This document shows positions 27,562-36,313 of a stretch of 64,000 nt of DNA, piece by piece. The translations under genes were made by a program, and so were the position numbers. The notes beneath the pieces are model-generated. The model made no database searches, was not told the origin of the DNA, and saw nothing but the letters and a program-made list of their open reading frames with translations. This DNA is from a virus, in IMG/VR virus record IMGVR_UViG_3300024348_000001, positions 1 through 64,000 of that record. One strand, given 5' to 3'. The stretch's first letter is position 1; every line of letters begins with the position of its first letter.

Positions 27562-27596
27562 CATGTTATATGACGCAATTTTGCCTTGAATTTAGG
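27562..27596 (-). promoter_or_regulatory. Conserved 35-bp cassette promoter motif, copy 3
   Basis: Minus strand CCTAAATTCAAGGCAAAATTGCGTCATATAACATG. Confidence 0.7.
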
Positions 27597-27795
27597 CAGG
27601 TTTGAAAGGTAGCCAATCGTCTGTATTAGAGTTCCAGCGCAGTGCTTCTTTGGTGGCAGTTAACACGTGATTGACCGTACAGTAATTAACGGCACCGCAT
27701 TTACATGACTTTGAAAAACAGTCATAAGTATTTTCATGCTCCTTACAGTCAGGAGCAATAACAACTTTCATACAAACGGTACAACGGATAACCAC
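27592..27795 (-). CDS. Small Cys-rich (putative Zn-binding) protein
   Basis: GTG at 27795 with GAGG; CTVC...CKCG pattern; its stop TAA lies within the promoter motif. Confidence 0.55.
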   Translation of the reverse strand: MVIRCTVCMKVVIAPDCKEHENTYDCFSKSCKCGAVNYCTVNHVLTATKEALRWNSNTDDWLPFKPA

Positions 27796-27817
27796 GGTAT
27801 ATTCCTCGTGTCCGCAC

Positions 27818-27845
27818 ATTCTAAGCTCGACAATAATTTCTGCAA
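27818..27845 (-). promoter_or_regulatory. Sigma70-like promoter
   Basis: TTGCAG-N16-TAGAAT directly after a terminator; same geometry as the nrdJ promoter. Confidence 0.4.
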
Positions 27846-27850
27846 TAGTT

Positions 27851-27891
27851 AAAAAAAAGACCACGCCCAGCCCTAAGGCCAGACGTGGTCT
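27851..27891 (-). terminator. Rho-independent terminator (cassette type)
   Basis: Stem AGACCACG/CGTGGTCT followed by T8-AACTATT. Confidence 0.75.
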
Positions 27892-27896
27892 CTGCA

Positions 27897-28658
27897 TTAC
27901 GCCAACATGTCTGGCGGGAACGCCAAACTAATTTTTAGCCCGTGTGGGTATTCCACCCACTCTTTGCTGTCCCACCTTTCTCCGGTGGACAACGGAGTTA
28001 GGACGAAGGCTTGCGCCTCCTCCAAGTAGTTATCCACCTGCCCCTCTCCGAGCAAGTGTGTAACCTCGTAGGCTACGCTACCATCCGACATCGCTGTCGG
28101 AATTGGGGACTTGATGTCCCGGAGCGCCGCAAAGGCGCCCATGAAAGGATTAAGCAAGACCGAGTCCTGCTGCAAAATCAGATCGATCTTGCGCAATTGG
28201 CCGCGCACAACAAGGGCCATGTCGGCCCATGACCTGCGCCCAGCGGCGCAAGCCGCCGTGGTCATCGCCACGTCCACCGCCACGGCAGCGGTGAACGACG
28301 CAGCGTCGTCCGCCGCGCACTGCGCGGCTGGCATCCCCCTCAAAGGGAAAACGCTTTCGGTGGCATTGATGCCACCAACAACACCTGCCCCGAAGGGCAA
28401 GATCCGCGCCACGGTGGCGCTGGGAGTGCAATCTCCCAACGCCCCGTCAAGGTAATTAGGCGGTACGTCCTGTACCACCAGCCATTCACCGGACAGTACA
28501 AAATGCCGGTCTTCGATGACCGTCACCTCCTTTGCCAGCAAGGCAACTCCCACGTTGCCTCTGAACTTTGTGGCGACACCTACTCGGTTTTTCGGCATCG
28601 TGGCATTGTGCCACTTTGCGAGCGCAATGGTGTTGTCGATATTGCTAGCAGTAGTCAT
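27897..28658 (-). CDS. Hypothetical cassette protein, about 253 aa, visibly GC-rich
   Basis: ATG at 28658 with GGAGG; Ala-rich centre; followed by a terminator. Confidence 0.7.
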   Translation of the reverse strand: MTTASNIDNTIALAKWHNATMPKNRVGVATKFRGNVGVALLAKEVTVIEDRHFVLSGEWLVVQDVPPNYLDGALGDCTPSATVARILPFGAGVVGGINATESVFPLRGMPAAQCAADDAASFTAAVAVDVAMTTAACAAGRRSWADMALVVRGQLRKIDLILQQDSVLLNPFMGAFAALRDIKSPIPTAMSDGSVAYEVTHLLGEGQVDNYLEEAQAFVLTPLSTGERWDSKEWVEYPHGLKISLAFPPDMLA

Positions 28659-28715
28659 GAGAAACCTCCACGCAATAACTGACACGCTATCCGAAATGGA
28701 TAGCGCGACGCATTG

Positions 28716-28750
28716 CAGATAATATGACGCGTTTAGGGTCTGTTATTTAG
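28716..28750 (-). promoter_or_regulatory. Cassette promoter motif, degenerate copy 4, with leader hairpin
   Basis: Minus strand CTAAAT..N15..GCGTCATATTATCTG; hairpin GCTATCC-ATTTC-GGATAGC downstream (28686-28704). Confidence 0.5.
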
Positions 28751-29379
28751 TCGTCGTAATCGTCGTCATTACGCGGTATTGGCGCCTGTCTGACTTGTTT
28801 CTTTTTGTCTTCTTTGAACGTGACACTCGTTATCATTTCGACTGGACCAAAATAATAGTCTGCCTGCATCTTGACCACAGGCAATAATGTCTCAGTATCG
28901 ACTTCTGTAACCGCACCATCTTTTACCGCAGGAACTGTCAATGCCGTTGCACCGTCAGGCAGATACACATACCTCTGCGGCCCCTTAGTGACAGGCAGAG
29001 GTACGCCATAAAAAGGAAATACATAAACGTCTTTACCTTCTGCCGAACTTAAATACTTGGCCAAGGCTACAGACGTGCGTACGTTCTTAATCTTAGGAGC
29101 CTCGCCGTCTGCGCATTCGACAATCCAATAACCTATCGACGTGAAATTAGGAACGACGTCACCCACAGGCATTTCGGCTGCAACTTTTTCTTGAATGACG
29201 GTTCGTGTAAATTCGCTTAATTTGGCAAAGCTGTTTTTAAATAACTGTGCGTCATCACATACAACTGTTTTATGCATAGCCAATTCACGCGATACAGGAC
29301 TACGCCGTGTTTCTTCTACCGTCTCTTTGCCGACGGGACTTAATTTGTCAAACCATGTGTTCCACGCAGCCAGTGCCAT
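28747..29379 (-). CDS. Hypothetical protein
   Basis: 210-aa ORF overlapping the upstream stop. Confidence 0.7.
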   Translation of the reverse strand: MALAAWNTWFDKLSPVGKETVEETRRSPVSRELAMHKTVVCDDAQLFKNSFAKLSEFTRTVIQEKVAAEMPVGDVVPNFTSIGYWIVECADGEAPKIKNVRTSVALAKYLSSAEGKDVYVFPFYGVPLPVTKGPQRYVYLPDGATALTVPAVKDGAVTEVDTETLLPVVKMQADYYFGPVEMITSVTFKEDKKKQVRQAPIPRNDDDYDD

Positions 29380-30038
29380 TACACACCATTCTTCGTATTA
29401 GCAATTTCAACCAGAGGATTCTTACCCGCCGCAAACGCATCAAAAAACGTTTGCATTTCTTTCTCAGGCGGCAATTTTATGGGATAGGGAATCAGCTCGT
29501 CTGGCTTAAAACAAATCGTGCTGTTGTTGGAAATGATCCCTATTGCTTTGATGGGTATGACATTGGATACGAGCATATGCAAATCAGACGCTAATGGATC
29601 GGCAATGTTAAATGTCTGTATCGCAAACTTGGCTGCAAGCTTACGCGCCAAACTAAACATTGTGATGCCACAGATGTGATCTTCAAGCGCAGGCCATTGT
29701 TCTTTCTGTATGGCAAACAATGTGTGATTCCACGAAGAATCGCCGTCGGTTTTAACTAGATTCTTAAAGATCGACGAAAAGAATTTATGCTTATAGATTT
29801 TTAAAGGCGCAGTCATGTCTTTCTGCAAATCAACAAAATGTCCATCAACAAAAGCACCGTGCAAGTTAGCCAACGCCGGCGTGAAAAATACAAAGTCGGC
29901 TAACATCTCGTAGAGAGATTTAGATAACCCCAAAGGCAAAGGCACTTTCGGAAACTGTTCAGCGAAATCGTGTGCCTTACCTAAGCTCACGATTTCTTTC
30001 GTGGGATTATTTGCACGGGCTTGTTGTTGACGTGACAT
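29379..30038 (-). CDS. Hypothetical protein
   Basis: 219-aa ORF in the operon. Confidence 0.7.
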   Translation of the reverse strand: MSRQQQARANNPTKEIVSLGKAHDFAEQFPKVPLPLGLSKSLYEMLADFVFFTPALANLHGAFVDGHFVDLQKDMTAPLKIYKHKFFSSIFKNLVKTDGDSSWNHTLFAIQKEQWPALEDHICGITMFSLARKLAAKFAIQTFNIADPLASDLHMLVSNVIPIKAIGIISNNSTICFKPDELIPYPIKLPPEKEMQTFFDAFAAGKNPLVEIANTKNGV

Positions 30039-30042
30039 AATA

Positions 30043-30723
30043 TTAGTCGTTCAAAAAGCCAAGTTGCGCAGCTAGTTCCGTAATTAACCAGCTATCCTGT
30101 TGTACATTAACGTGCGGCCGTGTCCAACTGGAAACATCCCATTTCTTGGTTGCGTCGTTCGTTTCCCATGGCTTGCGCAATTTCAAGACAATAGGCCACG
30201 ACAACGAAAACTCAGAAGGCATCACCGCTTCGGTAATATCTCTGTGGTTAGCATTATTATACCAAAGTCGCAATGGCACTTGCACTTTGCTGTCAGGTAA
30301 CGTGCAGTCCAAACCAAGCATCTTTAAAAACAGCCGCGTGTCAAACCCAATAAACACAACGTTGGAATTTGCCGTGTCTAAGATGTCGCCGACGAACGCA
30401 TCAGGGTTATTACGTAAGATCCACGAGGCTGCGGCTTCGGCAACTGTCAGACCATCCGCAGCGTCACGGTCTTTGCTGGACCATTTACCCACAAGCTGTT
30501 TCTGCAAATCTACAAGCATCACTTCATCGAACGTACCCGTATAAGGTTGGTTAGCTGCATCGGCCTCGAAACTGTCCTTACGTTCTTTAATGTACTTGGA
30601 GATCTTGTCGGCGTCCTTGTAGTTAGACGGCGCCTTAAAGTCCGGGGTCATCGAAGCAATATTGTCAGGATCCACAAGTTTAGTTGTAAACGACACAATA
30701 ATTCTTGTAGTCTTGCTGCTCAT
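30043..30723 (-). CDS. PolB-type 3'-5' exonuclease-like protein with degenerate active site
   Basis: APSNYKDADKI..YI and IGFD..FL match the stand-alone phage exonuclease family; SFTT replaces the ExoI DIET motif. Confidence 0.5.
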   Translation of the reverse strand: MSSKTTRIIVSFTTKLVDPDNIASMTPDFKAPSNYKDADKISKYIKERKDSFEADAANQPYTGTFDEVMLVDLQKQLVGKWSSKDRDAADGLTVAEAAASWILRNNPDAFVGDILDTANSNVVFIGFDTRLFLKMLGLDCTLPDSKVQVPLRLWYNNANHRDITEAVMPSEFSLSWPIVLKLRKPWETNDATKKWDVSSWTRPHVNVQQDSWLITELAAQLGFLND

Positions 30724-30732
30724 ATACGTTCC

Positions 30733-31629
30733 TTAAGTAATGTTGCCGTTTTCGTCTACCCGGCGCAACTGGCTGAATACGCGCAGTTGCTCATACTCGG
30801 GTCCTGTAATATCTGAATCCGTCGTCGGCACCGCTCCAAGCAATGCCGCACCTAACTGTTGACACATACGCCAAATAACCTTGTGCGCGTTACCAGCCGT
30901 AGCGCCGACAGGTTGACCCACGAATAACTCAGGGTGGGCCAACGCCAAATCATCAACAATAACCAAGTCAGGCGGTACATCCATTTGTTTGAGAATGGAT
31001 ATAGACGTGAACTTGCCAAAGGTGCTGGGATTCTTAGCGACATCTTTCCACTGTTCAGCAGAAAACGAACAGTACACGGCAGACTGCTTATCAGGCTCAG
31101 GCTGCATGCCAAAGCGTAGAACCACCATACCAGCTACTTCTGCTGCGGCGGACGTGGCGTTCAATAAGGCACTAATTTGAGTCGGGTCACCCGCCAGTGT
31201 CAAAGACCTGTCTCTGGCAAGTGTCATCGTGTCAGATGGGAGCCTGAACCCTAGAGGTACAGGTGTCTCCCTGCGGCGTTGTTCCAGTACAAGAAGCTGC
31301 TCTTCCTCAATCTTGGAATGCTCAGCCATCTTTTCCTGAAGCCACGGAAGCACAGCACTATGCAATCCCGTGAACAATTGCTTCTCTTGAAATGGCTTGG
31401 CCGCAGCGTGCATGGCCGACTGCACGATAATGTCACACGACAAGGGATGGTACTCAGCATCATCCTTGGGAGTGTCGAGCATCTTCTGCAATTCCGAATA
31501 CGCAACCACATAGGCTCGGCGCAACGACAGAAGCACGTTGAAAATGCGTAAGCCTTCAGGGTCTTCTAGAAACCTAGACACGTCCTGAGTTGCTTCGACC
31601 TGTGCCTTGTCCGCTTCTGTCACTTCCAT
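30733..31629 (-). CDS. Hypothetical protein with degenerate RecA/DnaB-like C-terminal fold
   Basis: PVPLGF..., LTLAGDP (Walker A position, no GKT), PDLVIVDDL (Walker B-like). Confidence 0.45.
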   Translation of the reverse strand: MEVTEADKAQVEATQDVSRFLEDPEGLRIFNVLLSLRRAYVVAYSELQKMLDTPKDDAEYHPLSCDIIVQSAMHAAAKPFQEKQLFTGLHSAVLPWLQEKMAEHSKIEEEQLLVLEQRRRETPVPLGFRLPSDTMTLARDRSLTLAGDPTQISALLNATSAAAEVAGMVVLRFGMQPEPDKQSAVYCSFSAEQWKDVAKNPSTFGKFTSISILKQMDVPPDLVIVDDLALAHPELFVGQPVGATAGNAHKVIWRMCQQLGAALLGAVPTTDSDITGPEYEQLRVFSQLRRVDENGNIT

Positions 31630-31638
31630 TACACACTC

Positions 31639-31884
31639 CTAAGATAAATGCCGAGCCACTACACCGCGACGCTTGCTGCACGAAGGCATCAGCAAACGTT
31701 TCTTGAAACCATTACCTACATTAACGCCACGGTAGTAAATCACAGCCTGAATCAACTTACCAACAAACTTGTACTGCGTCTTGTAGCTACTTTTGCCTTT
31801 ACCAACTTGTATCAAAAATTCAGTCTCATCGGTGTACGCAATTTTTTCACCATCAACCTCAGATATGTATATCTGCATAGTCAT
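31639..31884 (-). CDS. Hypothetical protein, paralogue A
   Basis: FLIQVG.G...Y...KKRLLMP shared with the neighbour. Confidence 0.7.
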   Translation of the reverse strand: MTMQIYISEVDGEKIAYTDETEFLIQVGKGKSSYKTQYKFVGKLIQAVIYYRGVNVGNGFKKRLLMPSCSKRRGVVARHLS

Positions 31885-31887
31885 TCC

Positions 31888-32133
31888 TTAAACGTTGTAA
31901 GTACGTGCCAGTATGTGACGATTGGTTCCGTAAGGCATCACTAATCGTTTCTTATCGCCCTTCTCAAGTTGAATGCTGTCGTAACATTCAAGAGCCAGCC
32001 TTAAATTTCCTCTTATCGACTTTGTGACGGAGTAGGCATCGCTGCCCGAACCTACTTGCAGTAAGAACAATGTGGCGCTGTGCCAATTGATCTGTCTTCC
32101 CTTGTAAATAATCGATCGTAACTTTGTCATCAC
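31888..32133 (-). CDS. Hypothetical protein, paralogue B
   Basis: FLLQVG.G...Y...KKRLVMP shared with the neighbour. Confidence 0.7.
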   Translation of the reverse strand: MMTKLRSIIYKGRQINWHSATLFLLQVGSGSDAYSVTKSIRGNLRLALECYDSIQLEKGDKKRLVMPYGTNRHILARTYNV

Positions 32134-32681
32134 GCACCATATACCTTTCTGCGTAAATACTCCGCCAGCAACAAACCCTCCGCGCGATTGTGATCAGCCT
32201 TACGGGTAAGTTTGACGTTGGGGAACATGGCTGCGGCTTTCATGCGGCTGAATTCTTTATCCTTGCCCTGAAGCCCCATGTTCTTCTTCCATGAAATTGG
32301 AGCTACGACTTCGTGGTAATAATCTAGCGCCGTAAAGAACAAAGACCACATGCCAAAACCAACACCTACACGAAAACCTGTGTAGGCATTGGCTCCTTTA
32401 CCTTTGATCTGAACCTGCGCCTCTTCCACACAAACCCTGATCCGTTTACGCAAAGGATTGAAAGGCTTAAACAATTCGACGATAGCTCTGTGATCAAACA
32501 GAGTTTTGGTTTTGGAAGAACCATCTAGTTTTTTGCCAGAGCGTTCCGTTTTGTATGTGGGTATGTCCACCACACACGCAAAGTTGCCACACAGAAATCC
32601 AATGGCGCCTTCCGACCCGGGATCAATTCCCACAAAGATGAGTTCTTCGCTATTGGCGACACTTTTCAGAAACTCATCCAT
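32130..32681 (-). CDS. RuvC-like Holliday junction resolvase
   Basis: VGIDPG..GAIG, VCVEE, P..WK..MGL..KDK..SR, DHNRAE.LLLAEY. Confidence 0.85.
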   Translation of the reverse strand: MDEFLKSVANSEELIFVGIDPGSEGAIGFLCGNFACVVDIPTYKTERSGKKLDGSSKTKTLFDHRAIVELFKPFNPLRKRIRVCVEEAQVQIKGKGANAYTGFRVGVGFGMWSLFFTALDYYHEVVAPISWKKNMGLQGKDKEFSRMKAAAMFPNVKLTRKADHNRAEGLLLAEYLRRKVYGA

Positions 32682-32886
32682 GTGTTGACTCGCTGTAAGT
32701 GCTTATAAGTTTCGTCAGGTAATCCTGAGCTTTTTTCAGATCGTCTACACCGTTCTTATCCCTGTAACGCGCAATGTACTTAATGACATTGCCTTGCAGA
32801 AAACCTTGAAACTGATCCTTTGTCATCCACGCTTCCATGGCATCCCACGGCTGAATTGATTTGTTGTAATGCTCAGGTGTCGCCAT
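32674..32886 (-). CDS. DUF3310 (T7 gp1.7-like) protein
   Basis: P.HY...IQPWD....F..GNVIKY..RY..KNG..DL.KA..Y; ATG at 32886 with GGAGG. Confidence 0.88.
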   Translation of the reverse strand: MATPEHYNKSIQPWDAMEAWMTKDQFQGFLQGNVIKYIARYRDKNGVDDLKKAQDYLTKLISTYSESTHG

Positions 32887-33100
32887 GGTTATCCTCCGGA
32901 TCAGCATCAAGGGAATCCCACAACAACAGGTCGTGGCGATATGGCTTGTATAGGTGATGCCTGTCCCTTTCCCGATGCAGATCAATTGCGCGTCTCAAGC
33001 GTTTGACTTCTGCCATCAGCCGCCGCGCAGATACTACTGTGTCTGTCGGCGTGCTGACGGTCAACATAGCTTCAATGATTCTCAATTCATTTTCAGTCAT
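32873..33100 (-). CDS. Hypothetical protein
   Basis: 75-aa ORF overlapping its neighbours. Confidence 0.6.
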   Translation of the reverse strand: MTENELRIIEAMLTVSTPTDTVVSARRLMAEVKRLRRAIDLHRERDRHHLYKPYRHDLLLWDSLDADPEDNHGDT

Positions 33101-33329
33101 GAGGACACAGCAGGTCGCGCGCCCACTCCTGTACCATCATTTCGCCTTTTACCGTCACCGAACAGTTATCGACAATCGCTCCGCGCAATTCTTGAATGGT
33201 GTCAATTAACTTGGCAATGGCACAGGCAGAGTGCCGCAAGTGACATTCTTGCCAATGTGTTGCACCGTCGTTAGATTGCTTGTCCACGAAATTTAATTTC
33301 ATGAACACCAGATCTGCATCACTTAACAT
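33093..33329 (-). CDS. Hypothetical protein
   Basis: 78-aa ORF in the operon. Confidence 0.6.
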   Translation of the reverse strand: MLSDADLVFMKLNFVDKQSNDGATHWQECHLRHSACAIAKLIDTIQELRGAIVDNCSVTVKGEMMVQEWARDLLCPHD

Positions 33330-33330
33330 T

Positions 33331-33564
33331 TCAATCCCTCACATACAAGCGTTTGCCGCGCACTTCGACAAAACAACTACCCACATTGCTGATCAATGTG
33401 CAGTACACCCGATACTTACGCTTGTCATTTGCAAACACCAACATCTTGTCAGTAGCTATTTTCCTGCCGTATCCCGAGGGAGACTGTCCGGGCCGTAGCC
33501 CTCCGGGTGAAACTCTTACTGGTTTTTCAATGAGCGTATAGTTCTCAGCATAAGTAATCATCAA
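33331..33564 (-). CDS. Hypothetical protein
   Basis: 77-aa ORF; SGYGRKI.T..M...RRVYC...SN.GS motif seen in small phage proteins. Confidence 0.65.
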   Translation of the reverse strand: MMITYAENYTLIEKPVRVSPGGLRPGQSPSGYGRKIATDKMLVFANDKRKYRVYCTLISNVGSCFVEVRGKRLYVRD

Positions 33565-34388
33565 TTATTCCTTTGACCTCTGTAACGTGTTAGGGCGTCA
33601 GATCTAATAACCGCAGGCGAACCTGCATTAGGAGTTTCTGTCACAGTTTCCGGTACGAGCAATTGCCGAAATTTTTCCATCAAAATATGCACACAAAATG
33701 CGTCTACACTTGCATTGTGCATTTGTGATTTGTTGACGTGCTGATCAAAACCATATTTAACAAAACAATGTTCGCCTAAGTTTGATTTAAGCCCTTTTAT
33801 TCTAAGCGCATTTAATCGCATAAAGTAAGAACGTAATGTGTCAGCTGGCTTAGGAATTGTTACCGGTGTCGGCCCCAATCCATTAGCTTTCTCGATTCCG
33901 TTGGTGTCGATGATGCAGTTATCGTTAAACGTAACTTTGGGAAACTTGAACCTTTGAATGTTGTTAAGAAACATAGGTTCGTCAAAGGCGTAAATGTTGT
34001 GTCCGATGACAGGCACACCTTTGGATAGAAGCGTATTAATCATTTGCGCGTAAAACGTGAATACCTCTTCAGGTGGTTTACCTTCACGTTTCATGCGCTG
34101 GAAATCGAGGTGAAATTGCACTCCTCTTGCGGCCATGGCATTAGATACATTCTGTAACTTGCCTTCTATGGCGTCAGCGAGATCAGCTTGATGTTTAGTC
34201 CAGTCCACAATTGTTGTGAGCCTGTCCACCACTTCGCCGTTACGAACCAGACAGTGACCGAACTCCACAATCAAATCGTTCTGCAAATCTAGCCCTGTGG
34301 TTTCAACGTCGATGACGAAGTAATCACGTGGCCAGCCGCCTCCGTACAGTTTACGAAACTCAGCTGGCCAGTGATTAGCGATCATCAT
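33561..34388 (-). CDS. DEDDh 3'-5' exonuclease (DnaQ/epsilon-like)
   Basis: VIDVETTGL, GHNIYAFD, HNASVDA. Confidence 0.9.
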   Translation of the reverse strand: MMIANHWPAEFRKLYGGGWPRDYFVIDVETTGLDLQNDLIVEFGHCLVRNGEVVDRLTTIVDWTKHQADLADAIEGKLQNVSNAMAARGVQFHLDFQRMKREGKPPEEVFTFYAQMINTLLSKGVPVIGHNIYAFDEPMFLNNIQRFKFPKVTFNDNCIIDTNGIEKANGLGPTPVTIPKPADTLRSYFMRLNALRIKGLKSNLGEHCFVKYGFDQHVNKSQMHNASVDAFCVHILMEKFRQLLVPETVTETPNAGSPAVIRSDALTRYRGQRNN

Positions 34389-34906
34389 GCTCTCCGCGTT
34401 AAAATGTGAAACGCATCTTTAATCCGTTGCCATCCTACGTACAAACCTCGACGCCATTTAGGAATGGTCATGCGGCGGCTCAGATCACGACCATAGTTGG
34501 CCAATTCCTGATAATTTTCACACGGAGAATGCTCCGCAACGGAAGCTTCTCTTACCCCAGCCCAGTACACGCCTGAGATGACGGTACCGAGCAACGCCAT
34601 ATACAAAAACTGCGCAGGCTCTTCCACCTCAAACCAGCCAGACTCAGACAACGATTCCACCATAGACTTGGTCTTAGGATCTGCCGCAGCAGGCACGAAC
34701 TTGCAAAATGCAGCACAGGCCTGACCAAGTTGCTCATCCGTCACATTGAAGTGTTTCTTAAACGCCGTAAGACAGTTAGGGTTGTTTTCCAACTCCTCAA
34801 GCCTTTGCGCCACAACCATAGCAATGCTGCCGAAGTTGTGCGCTACGTCTCTCTCCGGACGGTATAAGCGCTTATCGTCTGCTGAGAACCGTGCCTGCAA
34901 TCCCAT
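34385..34906 (-). CDS. Hypothetical protein
   Basis: 173-aa ORF with ATGA overlap. Confidence 0.7.
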   Translation of the reverse strand: MGLQARFSADDKRLYRPERDVAHNFGSIAMVVAQRLEELENNPNCLTAFKKHFNVTDEQLGQACAAFCKFVPAAADPKTKSMVESLSESGWFEVEEPAQFLYMALLGTVISGVYWAGVREASVAEHSPCENYQELANYGRDLSRRMTIPKWRRGLYVGWQRIKDAFHILTRRA

Positions 34907-34907
34907 G

Positions 34908-35474
34908 TCAAACCTCCTGCTTCAAATCATCGATGTCATCGCCAAGAAAGAACTTTGCTTGTTCTTTTATATAATCACTTGGCAGGCATCCGTCTTTAGG
35001 TAATTCCTCAGAAAAGTACCGACAGTCCCAACCGGCAGCCTCGTCTCCCGTTACCAGCAAATTGTCTGAATCGTAATATGTGCCGTTTCCTGAAATTGTC
35101 GGTTCCGTCACGTAATTGGCTTCGCCATGCACGCCATGGACTAACAACTTGCCGCCGATTGTGATTGTGAACTTAGCGCCGGGCGGTATTTCACCCAAAT
35201 CTGAATACTGCTTTCGTGCACCGTCGTCTATCCCGGCATAAGTGAATCCGTAATCGTGACACTCTGGACCGTCGGGAGTTACCAATAACGCTGCGCCGTA
35301 CTCAGATTCCGCCAATTCATCCATGGCTTCATCTACACATTTTGCCTCTACCGCAAAATGTTCCGGGAAGAAACTATCGTCAATAGTCACGAGCCAGACA
35401 ATACCACCTGCACCCGGATTGATCGCTGTTGCTGTAATTGGCTGTCCGCGAAACTTACCTTCTGCACGTACCAT
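34908..35474 (-). CDS. Hypothetical protein
   Basis: 188-aa ORF with GGGAG SD. Confidence 0.7.
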   Translation of the reverse strand: MVRAEGKFRGQPITATAINPGAGGIVWLVTIDDSFFPEHFAVEAKCVDEAMDELAESEYGAALLVTPDGPECHDYGFTYAGIDDGARKQYSDLGEIPPGAKFTITIGGKLLVHGVHGEANYVTEPTISGNGTYYDSDNLLVTGDEAAGWDCRYFSEELPKDGCLPSDYIKEQAKFFLGDDIDDLKQEV

Positions 35475-35475
35475 G

Positions 35476-36306
35476 TCACTCTCCCTTAGGCTGAGCCAGT
35501 TCGTAAGGTGTTGTTCTCATGCCATATACTTCTGGCAAATCATCCACCGTACGAACCTTTGCGTCGCTAAACATATGTGGATACTTCTTGCTCAAAATCT
35601 CGTAGATTTGCGCAAAGACGTATCGGATTTCCCACTCTGCGTGAGCTGACGTGCGCATCTGGATCATGTGCCTCGCCGCCCTGACATTCATTGAAAACCC
35701 AATCTCGTTTGCAACGCCATTGGGTAGAAACATCCGACGCAACGCCGATGTTACTTTTTTCTTGTAATCGAACGACTGCTTGGGGTCGTTCAAATTCATG
35801 TCTTCGCACGCCATCCGATACTTCATCTCTAGATACTCAAGCGTCAACTCGATGTCGTGCTTGATGGGCGCCAAGATCGGATCCCACACAACCTTCAGCT
35901 TGTCTGTACGCACATACCTGCCAGACGTCTGACTGTATTCCGTACCGACGTGATGCCGTACTAACTCGTGCGTGAACACCCTACTACAGTTCGTAATGAC
36001 AAAGTTAAAATTCACGTGCCCGAAAACAGATCCATGCCCGTGAGCCAAGCACGCAGCAAGATTCGCCGGAATATCCCGCGTTTTATCGATGTTGTCATTC
36101 TTGCCGGGAGACAGCGAGGCATAGCACAGTTTCGCATAGAAGCTTACGAGGCATTCCGCTGGCGACAGTCCCAGCTCCAAGGCATGCCTGTATTGCTGGA
36201 TAAAGGCTTGATTGCCTGTGTCCTCCAGATACCTAATCAATTCCGTGTCGTTTACTTCTGTGAATCCCAACAAATACACAGATGGCGTAACAAACGGTGA
36301 TGGCAT
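35476..36306 (-). CDS. thyX: Flavin-dependent thymidylate synthase
   Basis: GH.SVFGH..F, SRVFTHELVRH....SQ.SGRY, R..LPN, N.R...H....R....A.WEIR. Confidence 0.92.
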   Translation of the reverse strand: MPSPFVTPSVYLLGFTEVNDTELIRYLEDTGNQAFIQQYRHALELGLSPAECLVSFYAKLCYASLSPGKNDNIDKTRDIPANLAACLAHGHGSVFGHVNFNFVITNCSRVFTHELVRHHVGTEYSQTSGRYVRTDKLKVVWDPILAPIKHDIELTLEYLEMKYRMACEDMNLNDPKQSFDYKKKVTSALRRMFLPNGVANEIGFSMNVRAARHMIQMRTSAHAEWEIRYVFAQIYEILSKKYPHMFSDAKVRTVDDLPEVYGMRTTPYELAQPKGE

Positions 36307-36313
36307 AAAATCC

